From the human T2T-CHM13v2.0 reference genome, Homo sapiens: a stretch of DNA of 64,000 nt. The position numbers and the translations under genes were made by a program. Shown here piece by piece: positions 36,501 through 48,500 of this stretch. The stretch lies in assembly GCF_009914755.1 (NCBI RefSeq), contig NC_060930.1; one strand, written 5' to 3'. Below the pieces are notes generated by a model that was given only the letters and a program-made list of their open reading frames with translations, was not told the origin of the DNA and made no database searches. Numbering within the stretch: the stretch's first letter is position 1; each line of letters starts with the position of its first letter.

Positions 36501-39500
36501 TGTCGTGTGCGTTCAACTCACAGAGTTTAACGTTTCTTTTGATAGAGCGTTTCTGAAACACCCTTCTTGTAGTAGCTGCAAGTGGATATTTGGACCTATT
36601 GGAGGCCTTCTTTGGAAATGGGATTTCTTCATGTAACTCTAGAGTGAAGAATTCTCAGAAACTCCTTTGTGATGTGTGCATTCAATTCAAAGAGTGAAAC
36701 CTCTCTTTTCACAGAGCAGTTTTGAAACACTGTTTTTGTAGGATTTCCAAGGGGATATTTATAGCGCATTGAGCCTACGGCGGAAAAAGAAACATCTTCC
36801 TATAAAAACTAGACAGAATACTTCTCAGAATCTGCTTTGCGATGTGTGCGTTCAACTCACAGAGTAAAACTTTTCTTTTGATAGAGCAGTTTTGAAACAC
36901 TCTTTTTGTAGTATTTGCATGTGTATATTTAGAGCGCATTGAAGCCCACAGTAGAAAAGGAAATAACTTCACCTAAAACCTAGACAGAAGCAATCACAGA
37001 AACTACTTTGTGATGTGTACATTCAACTCACAGAGTGGAACTTTCCTCTTTATAGAGCAGTGTTGAAACACTCTTTTTGTAGAAACTGCAAGTGGATATT
37101 TGGACCTCTTTGAGGCCTTCGTTGGAAACGGGATTTCTTCCTATAACCCTAGACAGAAGAATTTTCAGAAACCTCATTGTGATGTGTGCGTTCATCTCAC
37201 AGAGTGGAGTCTTCCGTTTGATAGAGAAGTTTTGAAACCCTGTTCTTGTAGGATTTCCAAGTGGATATTTAGACCACTTTGAAGCCTATGATAGAAAAGG
37301 AAACATCTTCATGGAAAACATAGATAGAATCATCCTCAGAAACAACTTTGTGATGTGTGCGTTGAACTCACCGTCTTTAACCTTTCTTTTGGTAGAGAAG
37401 TTTTGAAACACTCTCTTTGTAAAGTCTACAAGTGGATATTTTGAGCCCTTGGAGGCATTCTTTGGAAAAGGGAATGTCTTCACATAAAAGGCAGACGGAA
37501 GTGTTCTCAGAAACTGCTTTGTGATGTCTGTGTTCAACTCACAGAGTTTAACATTTCCTTTGATAGAGCGGTTTAGTAACCCTCTCTTTGTAGAATTTGG
37601 AAGTGTATACTAAGAGCGCTTTGAGGCCTATGGTAGAAAAGGAAATATCTTTCCATAAAAGCTAGACAGAAGCAATCTCAGAAACTCCTCTGTGATGTCT
37701 GCATTCAACTCACCGAGTGGAACATTCCTCTTGAGAGAGCAGTTTGGAAACACTCTTTCTGTAGAATCAGCTTGTTTGTATTTGGACCTCCTTGAGGCCT
37801 TCGTTGGAAACGGGTTTTCATCTTATAAACCCAGACAGAAGAATTCTCAGAGTCTTCTTTGTGATGTGTGCTTTCAACTCACCGAGATAAAGATTTCTCT
37901 TGATAGAGCAATTTGGAAACACTCTTTTTGTAGAATTTGCAAGGGTACATTGAGAGCGCTTTCAGGCCTATGGTAGAAAAGGGAATATCTTTCCATAAAA
38001 GGTAGACAGAAGCAATCTCAGAAACTACTTTGTGATGTGTGCATTCAACTCACCGAGTGCAACGTTCCTCTTGACCGAGCAGTTTGGAAACATTGTTTCT
38101 GTAGAATCTGCAAGTGGATATTTGGACCTCTTTGAGGCCTTCGTTGGAAACGGGATTTCTTCCTATAAACCCAGACAGAAGAATTCTCAGAGACTTCTTT
38201 GTGATGTGTGAATTCAACTCACAGTGTGGATCCTTCCTTTTGATAGAGCAGTTTTGAAACCCTGTTTTTGTAGTATTTGCAAGCGGATATTTGGAACGCC
38301 TTGAAGCGTATGGTAGAAAAGGAAATATCTTCCCATAAAACCTAGACAGAACCAATCTCAGAAACGACTTTGTGATGTCTGCATTCAAGTCACAGAGTTG
38401 AACATTTCTCTTGATAGAGCAGTTTTGAAACCCTCTTTCTGAAGGATCTGCAAGTGGATATTTGGAACTCCTTTGGGTCTTCGTTGGAAACGGGATTTCT
38501 TCATATAAATCTAGACAGAAGAATTCTCAGAAACTTCCTTGTGATGTGTGCATTCAACTCAGCGAGTGGCACCTTCCTTTGGATACAGCAGTTTTGAAAC
38601 ACTGTTTTTGTAGTATTTCCAAGCGGATATTTAGAGCGCCTTGAAGCCTATGCTAGAAATGGAAATATCTCCCCATAAAACCAAGACGGAAGCAATCTCA
38701 GAAACTAATGTGTGATGGCTGCATTCCACACACACGGTGGACCATTTCTCTTGATAGAGCAGTTTTGAAACACTCTTTCTGTAGAATCTGCAAGTGGATA
38801 ATTGGACCTCCGAGAGGCCTTCGTTGGAAACGGGATTTCTTCATCTAAACCTACAGAGAAGTATTCTCAGTAACTTCTTCGGATGTGTGCATTCGACGCA
38901 CAGAATGGAACATTCCCTTTGATAGAGCAGTTTTGAGACACCGTTTTTGTAGAATTCCCAAGTGGATATTTAGAGCACTTTGAAGTCTCTGCTAGAAAAG
39001 GAAACATCTTCATGTAAAAAGTAGATAGAATCGTTCTCAGAAAGTGCTTAGTGTCGTGTGCGTTCAACTCACAGAGTTTAACGTTTCTTTTGATAGAGCG
39101 TTTCTGAAACACCCTTCTTGTAGTAGCTGCAAGTGGATATTTGGACCTATTGGAGGCCTTCTTTGGAAATGGGATTTCTTCATGTAACTCTAGATTGAAG
39201 AATTCTCAGAAACTCCTTTGTGATGTGTGCATTCAATTCAAAGAGTGAAACCTCTCTTTTCACAGAGCAGTTTTGAAACACTGTTTTTGTAGGATTTCCA
39301 AGGGGATATTTATAGCGCATTGAGCCTACGGCGGAAAAAGAAACATCTTCCTATAAAAACTAGACAGAATACTTCTCAGAATCTGCTTTGCGATGTGTGC
39401 GTTCAACTCACAGAGTAAAACTTTTCTTTTGATAGAGCAGTTTTGAAACACTCTTTTTGTAGTATTTGCATGTGTATATTTAGAGCGCATTGAAGCCCAC

Positions 39501-42500
39501 AGTACAAAAGGAAATAACTTCACCTAAAACCTAGACAGAAGCAATCACAGAAACTACTTTGTGATGTGTACATTCAACTCACAGAGTGGAACTTTCCTCT
39601 TTATAGAGCAGTGTTGAAACACTCTTTTTGTAGAAACTGCAAGTGGATATTTGGACCTCTTTGAGGCCTTCGTTGGAAACGGGATTTCTTCCTATAACCC
39701 TAGACAGAAGAATTTTCAGAAACCTCATTGTGATGTGTGCGTTCATCTCACAGAGTGAAGTCTTCCGTTTGATAGAGAAGTTTTGAAACCCTGTTCTTGT
39801 AGGATTTCCAAGTGGATATTTAGACCACTTTGAAGCCTATGATAGAAAAGGAAACATCTTCATGGAAAACATAGATAGAATCATTCTCAGAAACAACTTT
39901 GTGATGTGTGCGTTGAACTCACCGTCTTTAACCTTTCTTTTGGTAGAGAAGTTTTGAAACACTCTCTTTGTAAAGTCTACAAGTGGATATTTTGAGCCCT
40001 TGGAGGCATTCTTTGGAAAAGGGAATGTCTTCACATAAAAGGCAGACGGAAGTGTTCTCAGAAACTGCTTTGTGATGTCTGTGTTCAACTCACAGAGTTT
40101 AACATTTCCTTTGATAGAGCGGTTTAGTAACCCTCTCTTCGTAGAATTTGGAAGTGTATACTAAGAGCGCTTTGAGGCCTATGGTAGAAAAGGAAATATC
40201 TTTCCATAAAAGCTAGACAGAAGCAATCTCAGAAACTCCTTTGTGATGTCTGCATTCAACTCACCGAGTGGAACATTCCTCTTGATAGAGCAGTTTGGAA
40301 ACACTCTTTCTGTAGAATCAGCTTGTTTGTATTTGGACCTCCTTGAGGCCTTCGTTGGAAACGGGTTTTCATCTTATAAACCCAGACAGAAGAATTCTCA
40401 GAGTCTTCTTTGTGATGTGTGCTTTCAACTCACCGAGATAAAGATTTCTCTTGATAGAGCAATTTGGAAACACTCTTTTTGTAGAATTTGCAAGGGTACA
40501 TTGAGAGCGCTTTCAGGCCTATGGTAGAAAAGGGAATATCTTTCCATAAAAGGTAGACAGAAGCAATCTCAGAAACTACTTTGTGATGTGTGCATTCAAC
40601 TCACCGAGTGCAACGTTCCTCTTGACCGAGCAGTTTGGAAACATTGTTTCTGTAGAATCTGCAAGTGGATATTTGGACCTCTTTGAGGCCTTCGTTGGAA
40701 ACGGGATTTCTTCCTATAAACCCAGACAGAAGAATTCTCAGAGACTTCTTTGTGATGTGTGAATTCAACTCACAGTGTGGATCCTTCCTTTTGATAGAGC
40801 AGTTTTGAAACCCTGTTTTTGTAGTATTTCCAAGCGGATATTTGGAACGCCTTGAAGCGTATGGTAGAAAAGGAAATATCTTCCCATAAAACCTAGACAG
40901 AACCAATCTCAGAAACGACTTTGTGATGTCTTCATTCAAGTCACAGAGTTGAACATTTCTCTTGATAGAGCAGTTTTGAAACCCTCTTTCTGAAGGATCT
41001 GCAAGTGGATATTTGGAACTCCTTTGGGTCTTCGTTGGAAACGGGATTTCTTCGTATAAATCTAGACAGAAGAATTCTCAGAAACTTCCTTGTGATGTGT
41101 GCATTCAACTCAGCGAGTGGCACCTTCCTTTGGATACAGCAGTTTTGAAACACTGTTTTTGTAGTATTTCCAAGCGGATATTTAGAGCGCCTTGAAGCCT
41201 ATGCTAGAAATGGAAATATCTCCCCATAAAACCAAGACGGAAGCAATCTCAGAAACTAATGTGTGATGGCTGCATTCCACACACACGGTGGACCATTTCT
41301 CTTGATAGAGCAGTTTTGAAACACTCTTTCTGTAGAATCTGCAAGTGGATAATTGGACCTCCTAGAGGCCTTCGTTGGAAACGGGATTTCTTCATCTAAA
41401 CCTACAGAGAAGTATTCTCAGTAACTTCTTCGGATGTGTGCATTCGACGCACAGAATGGAACATTCCCTTTGATAGAGCAGTTTTGAGACACCGTTTTTG
41501 TAGAATTCCCAAGTGGATATTTAGAGCACTTTGAAGTCTCTGCTAGAAAAGGAAACATCTTCATGTAAAAAGTAGATAGAATCGTTCTCAGAAAGTGCTT
41601 AGTGACGTGTGCGTTCAACTCACAGAGTTTAACGTTTCTTTTGATAGAGCGTTTCTGAAACACCCTTCTTGTAGTAGCTGCAAGTGGATATTTGGACCTA
41701 TTGGAGGCCTTCTTTGGAAATGGGATTTCTTCATGTAACTCTAGATTGAAGAGTTCTCAGAAACTCCTTTGTGATGTGTGCATTCAATTCAAAGAGTGAA
41801 ACCTCTCTTTTCACAGAGCAGTTTTGAAACACTGTTTTTGTAGGATTTCCAAGGGGATATTTATAGCGCATTGAGCCTACGGCGGAAAAAGAAACATCTT
41901 CCTATAAAAACTAGACAGAATACTTCTCAGAATCTGCTTTGCGATGTGTGCGTTCAACTCACAGAGTAAAACTTTTCTTTTTATAGAGCAGTTTTGAAAC
42001 ACTCTTTTTGTAGTATTTGCATGTGTATATTTAGAGCGCATTGAAGCCCACAGTAGAAAAGGAAATAACTTCACCTAAAACCTAGACAGAAGCAATCACA
42101 GAAACTACTTTGTGATGTGTACATTCAACTCACAGAGTGGAACTTTCCTCTTTATAGAGCAGTGTTGAAACACTCTTTTTGTAGAAACTGCAAGTGGATA
42201 TTTGGACCTCTTTGAGGCCTTCGTTGGAAACGGGATTTCTTCCTATAACCCTAGACAGAAGAATTTTCAGAAACCTCATTGTGATGTGTGCGTTCATCTC
42301 ACAGAGTGGAGTCTTCCGTTTGATAGAGAAGTTTTGAAACCCTGTTCTTGTAGGATTTCCAAGTGGATATTTAGACCACTTTGAAGCCTATGATAGAAAA
42401 GGAAACATCTTCATGGAAAACATAGATAGAATCATTCTCAGAAACAACTTTGTGATGTGTGCGTTGAACTCACCGTCTTTAACCTTTCTTTTGGTAGAGA

Positions 42501-45500
42501 AGTTTTGAAACACTCTCTTTGTAAAGTCTACAAGTGGATATTTTGAGCCCTTGGAGGCATTCTTTGGAAAAGGGAATGTCTTCACATAAAAGGCAGACGG
42601 AAGTGTTCTCAGAAACTGCTTTGTGATGTCTGTGTTCAACTCACAGAGTTTAACATTTCCTTTGATAGAGCGGTTTAGTAACCCTCTCTTCGTAGAATTT
42701 GGAAGTGTATACTAAGAGCGCTTTGAGGCCTATGGTAGAAAAGGAAATATCTTTCCATAAAAGCTAGACAGAAGCAATCTCAGAAACTCCTTTGTGATGT
42801 CTGCATTCAACTCACCGAGTGGAACATTCCTCTTGATAGAGCAGTTTGGAAACACTCTTTCTGTAGAATCAGCTTGTTTGTATTTGGACCTCCTTGAGGC
42901 CTTCGTTGGAAACGGGTTTTCATCTTATAAACCCAGACAGAAGAATTCTCAGAGTCTTCTTTGTGATGTGTGCTTTCAACTCACCGAGATAAAGATTTCT
43001 CTTGATAGAGCAATTTGGAAACACTCTTTTTGTAGAATTTGCAAGGGTACATTGAGAGCGCTTTCAGGCCTATGGTAGAAAAGGGAATATCTTTCCATAA
43101 AAGGTAGACAGAAGCAATCTCAGAAACTACTTTGTGATGTGTGCATTCAACTCACCGAGTGCAACGTTCCTCTTGACCGAGCAGTTTGGAAACATTGTTT
43201 CTGTAGAATCTGCAAGTGGATATTTGGACCTCTTTGAGGCCTTCGTTGGAAACGGGATTTCTTCCTATAAACCCAGACAGAAGAATTCTCAGAGACTTCT
43301 TTGTGATGTGTGAATTCAACTCACAGTGTGGATCCTTCCTTTTGATAGAGCAGTTTTGAAACCCTGTTTTTGTAGTATTTCCAAGCGGATATTTGGAACG
43401 CCTTGAAGCGTATGGTAGAAAAGGAAATATCTTCCCATAAAACCTAGACAGAACCAATCTCAGAAACGACTTTGTGATGTCTTCATTCAAGTCACAGAGT
43501 TGAACATTTCTCTTGATAGAGCAGTTTTGAAACCCTCTTTCTGAAGGATCTGCAAGTGGATATTTGGAACTCCTTTGGGTCTTCGTTGGAAACGGGATTT
43601 CTTCGTATAAATCTAGACAGAAGAATTCTCAGAAACTTCCTTGTGATGTGTGCATTCAACTCAGCGAGTGGCACCTTCCTTTGGATACAGCAGTTTTGAA
43701 ACACTGTTTTTGTAGTATTTCCAAGCGGATATTTAGAGCGCCTTGAAGCCTATGCTAGAAATGGAAATATCTCCCCATAAAACCAAGACGGAAGCAATCT
43801 CAGAAACTAATGTGTGATGGCTGCATTCCACACACACGGTGGACCATTTCTCTTGATAGAGCAGTTTTGAAACACTCTTTCTGTAGAATCTGCAAGTGGA
43901 TAATTGGACCTCCTAGAGGCCTTCGTTGGAAACGGGATTTCTTCATCTAAACCTACAGAGAAGTATTCTCAGTAACTTCTTCGGATGTGTGCATTCGACG
44001 CACAGAATGGAACATTCCCTTTGATAGAGCAGTTTTGAGACACCGTTTTTGTAGAATTCCCAAGTGGATATTTAGAGCACTTTGAAGTCTCTGCTAGAAA
44101 AGGAAACATCTTCATGTAAAAAGTAGATAGAATCGTTCTCAGAAAGTGCTTAGTGACGTGTGCGTTCAACTCACAGAGTTTAACGTTTCTTTTGATAGAG
44201 CGTTTCTGAAACACCCTTCTTGTAGTAGCTGCAAGTGGATATTTGGACCTATTGGAGGCCTTCTTTGGAAATGGGATTTCTTCATGTAACTCTAGATTGA
44301 AGAGTTCTCAGAAACTCCTTTGTGATGTGTGCATTCAATTCAAAGAGTGAAACCTCTCTTTTCACAGAGCAGTTTTGAAACACTGTTTTTGTAGGATTTC
44401 CAAGGGGATATTTATAGCGCATTGAGCCTACGGCGGAAAAAGAAACATCTTCCTATAAAAACTAGACAGAATACTTCTCAGAATCTGCTTTGCGATGTGT
44501 GCGTTCAACTCACAGAGTAAAACTTTTCTTTTTATAGAGCAGTTTTGAAACACTCTTTTTGTAGTATTTGCATGTGTATATTTAGAGCGCATTGAAGCCC
44601 ACAGTAGAAAAGGAAATAACTTCACCTAAAACCTAGACAGAAGCAATCACAGAAACTACTTTGTGATGTGTACATTCAACTCACAGAGTGGAACTTTCCT
44701 CTTTATAGAGCAGTGTTGAAACACTCTTTTTGTAGAAACTGCAAGTGGATATTTGGACCTCTTTGAGGCCTTCGTTGGAAACGGGATTTCTTCCTATAAC
44801 CCTAGACAGAAGAATTTTCAGAAACCTCATTGTGATGTGTGCGTTCATCTCACAGAGTGGAGTCTTCCGTTTGATAGAGAAGTTTTGAAACCCTGTTCTT
44901 GTAGGATTTCCAAGTGGATATTTAGACCACTTTGAAGCCTATGATAGAAAAGGAAACATCTTCATGGAAAACATAGATAGAATCATTCTCAGAAACAACT
45001 TTGTGATGTGTGCGTTGAACTCACCGTCTTTAACCTTTCTTTTGGTAGAGAAGTTTTGAAACACTCTCTTTGTAAAGTCTACAAGTGGATATTTTGAGCC
45101 CTTGGAGGCATTCTTTGGAAAAGGGAATGTCTTCACATAAAAGGCAGACGGAAGTGTTCTCAGAAACTGCTTTGTGATGTCTGTGTTCAACTCACAGAGT
45201 TTAACATTTCCTTTGATAGAGCGGTTTAGTAACCCTCTCTTTGTAGAATTTGGAAGTGTATACTACGAGCGCTTTGAGGCCTATGGTAGAAAAGGAAATA
45301 TCTTTCCATAAAAGCTAGACAGAAGCAATCTCAGAAACTCCTCTGTGATGTCTGCATTCAACTCACCGAGTGGAACATTCCTCTTGAGAGAGCAGTTTGG
45401 AAACACTCTTTCTGTAGAATCAGCTTGTTTGTATTTGGACCTCCTTGAGGCCTTCGTTGGAAACGGGTTTTCATCTTATAAACCCAGACAGAAGAATTCT

Positions 45501-48500
45501 CAGAGTCTTCTTTGTGATGTGTGCTTTCAACTCACCGAGATAAAGATTTCTCTTGATAGAGCAATTTGGAAACACTCTTTTTGTAGAATTTGCAAGGGTA
45601 CATTGAGAGCGCTTTCAGGCCTATGGTAGAAAAGGGAATATCTTTCCATAAAAGGTAGACAGAAGCAATCTCAGAAACTACTTTGTGATGTGTGCATTCA
45701 ACTCACCGAGTGCAACGTTCCTCTTGACCGAGCAGTTTGGAAACATTGTTTCTGTAGAATCTGCAAGTGGATATTTGGACCTCTTTGAGGCCTTCGTTGG
45801 AAACGGGATTTCTTCCTATAAACCCAGACAGAAGAATTCTCAGAGACTTCTTTGTGATGTGTGAATTCAACTCACAGTGTGGATCCTTCCTTTTGATAGA
45901 GCAGTTTTGAAACCCTGTTTTTGTAGTATTTCCAAGCGGATATTTGGAACGCCTTGAAGCGTATGGTAGAAAAGGAAATATCTTCCCATAAAACCTAGAC
46001 AGAACCAATCTCAGAAACGACTTTGTGATGTCTGCATTCAAGTCACAGAGTTGAACATTTCTCTTGATAGAGCAGTTTTGAAACCCTCTTTCTGAAGGAT
46101 CTGCAAGTGGATATTTGGAACTCCTTTGGGTCTTCGTTGGAAACGGGATTTCTTCGTATAAATCTAGACAGAAGAATTCTCAGAAACTTCCTTGTGATGT
46201 GTGCATTCAACTCAGCGAGTGGCACCTTCCTTTGGATACAGCAGTTTTGAAACACTGTTTTTGTAGTATTTCCAAGCGGATATTTAGAGCGCCTTGAAGC
46301 CTATGCTAGAAATGGAAATATCTCCCCATAAAACCAAGACAGAAGCAATCTCAGAAACTAATGTGTGATGGCTGCATTCCACACACACGGTGGACCATTT
46401 CTCTTGATAGAGCAGTTTCGAAACACTCTTTCTGTAGAATCTGCAAGTGGATAATTGGACCTCCTAGAGGCCTTCGTTGGAAACGGGATTTCTTCATCTA
46501 AACCTACAGAGAAGTATTCTCAGTAACTTCTTCGGATGTGTGCATTCGACGCACAGAATGGAACATTCCCTTTGATAGAGCAGTTTTGAGACACCGTTTT
46601 TGTAGAATTCCCAAGTGGATATTTAGAGCACTTTGAAGTCTCTGCTAGAAAAGGAAACATCTTCATGTAAAAAGTAGATAGAATCGTTCTCAGAAAGTGC
46701 TTAGTGTCGTGTGCGTTCAACTCACAGAGTTTAACGTTTCTTTTGACAGAGCGTTTCTGAAACACCCTTCTTGTAGTAGCTGCAAGTGGATATTTGGACC
46801 TATTGGAGGCCTTCTTTGGAAATGGGATTTCTTCATGTAACTCTAGAGTGAAGAATTCTCAGAAACTCCTTTGTGATGTGTGCATTCAATTCAAAGAGTG
46901 AAACCTCTCTTTTCACAGAGCAGTTTTGAAACACTGTTTTTGTAGGATTTCCAAGGGGATATTTATAGCGCATTGAGCCTACGGCGGAAAAAGAAACATC
47001 TTCCTATAAAAACTAGACAGAATACTTCTCAGAATCTGCTTTGCGATGTGTGCGTTCAACTCACAGAGTAAAACTTTTCTTTTGATAGAGCAGTTTTGAA
47101 ACACTCTTTTTGTAGTATTTGCATGTGTATATTTAGAGCGCATTGAAGCCCACAGTAGAAAAGGAAATAACTTCACCTAAAACCTAGACAGAAGCAATCA
47201 CAGAAACTACTTTGTGATGTGTACATTCAACTCACAGAGTGGAACTTTCCTCTTTATAGAGCAGTGTTGAAACACTCTTTTTGTAGAAACTGCAAGTGGA
47301 TATTTGGACCTCTTTGAGGCCTTCATTGGAAACGGGATTTCTTCCTATAACCCTAGACAGAAGAATTTTCAGAAACCTCATTGTGATGTGTGCGTTCATC
47401 TCACAGAGTGGAGTCTTCCGTTTGATAGAGAAGTTTTGAAACCCTGTTCTTGTAGGATTTCCAAGTGGATATTTAGACCACTTTGAAGCCTATGATAGAA
47501 AAGGAAACATCTTCATGGAAAACATAGATAGAATCATCCTCAGAAACAACTTTGTGATGTGTCCGTTGAACTCACCGTCTTTAACCTTTCTTTTGGTAGA
47601 GAAGTTTTGAAACACTCTCTTTGTAAAGTCTACAAGTGGATATTTTGAGCCCTTGGAGGCATTCTTTGGAAAAGGGAATGTCTTCACATAAAAGGCAGAC
47701 GGAAGTGTTCTCAGAAACTGCTTTGTGATGTCTGTGTTCAACTCACAGAGTTTAACATTTCCTTTGATAGAGCGGTTTAGTAACCCTCTCTTTGTAGAAT
47801 TTGGAAGTGTATACTAAGAGCGCTTTGAGGCCTATGGTAGAAAAGGAAATATCTTTCCATAAAAGCTAGACAGAAGCAATCTCAGAAACTCCTCTGTGAT
47901 GTCTGCATTCAACTCACCGAGTGGAACATTCCTCTTGAGAGAGCAGTTTGGAAACACTCTTTCTGTAGAATCAGCTTGTTTGTATTTGGACCTCCTTGAG
48001 GCCTTCGTTGGAAACGGGTTTTCATCTTATAAACCCAGACAGAAGAATTCTCAGAGTCTTCTTTGTGATGTGTGCTTTCAACTCACCGAGATAAAGATTT
48101 CTCTTGATAGAGCAATTTGGAAACACTCTTTTTGTAGAATTTGCAAGGGTACATTGAGAGCGCTTTCAGGCCTATGGTAGAAAAGGGAATATCTTTCCAT
48201 AAAAGGTAGACAGAAGCAATCTCAGAAACTACTTTGTGATGTGTGCATTCAACTCACCGAGTGCAACGTTCCTCTTGACCGAGCAGTTTGGAAACATTGT
48301 TTCTGTAGAATCTGCAAGTGGATATTTGGACCTCTTTGAGGCCTTCGTTGGAAACGGGATTTCTTCCTATAAACCCAGACAGAAGAATTCTCAGAGACTT
48401 CTTTGTGATGTGTGAATTCAACTCACAGTGTGGATCCTTCCTTTTGATAGAGCAGTTTTGAAACCCTGTTTTTGTAGTATTTCCAAGCGGATATTTGGAA

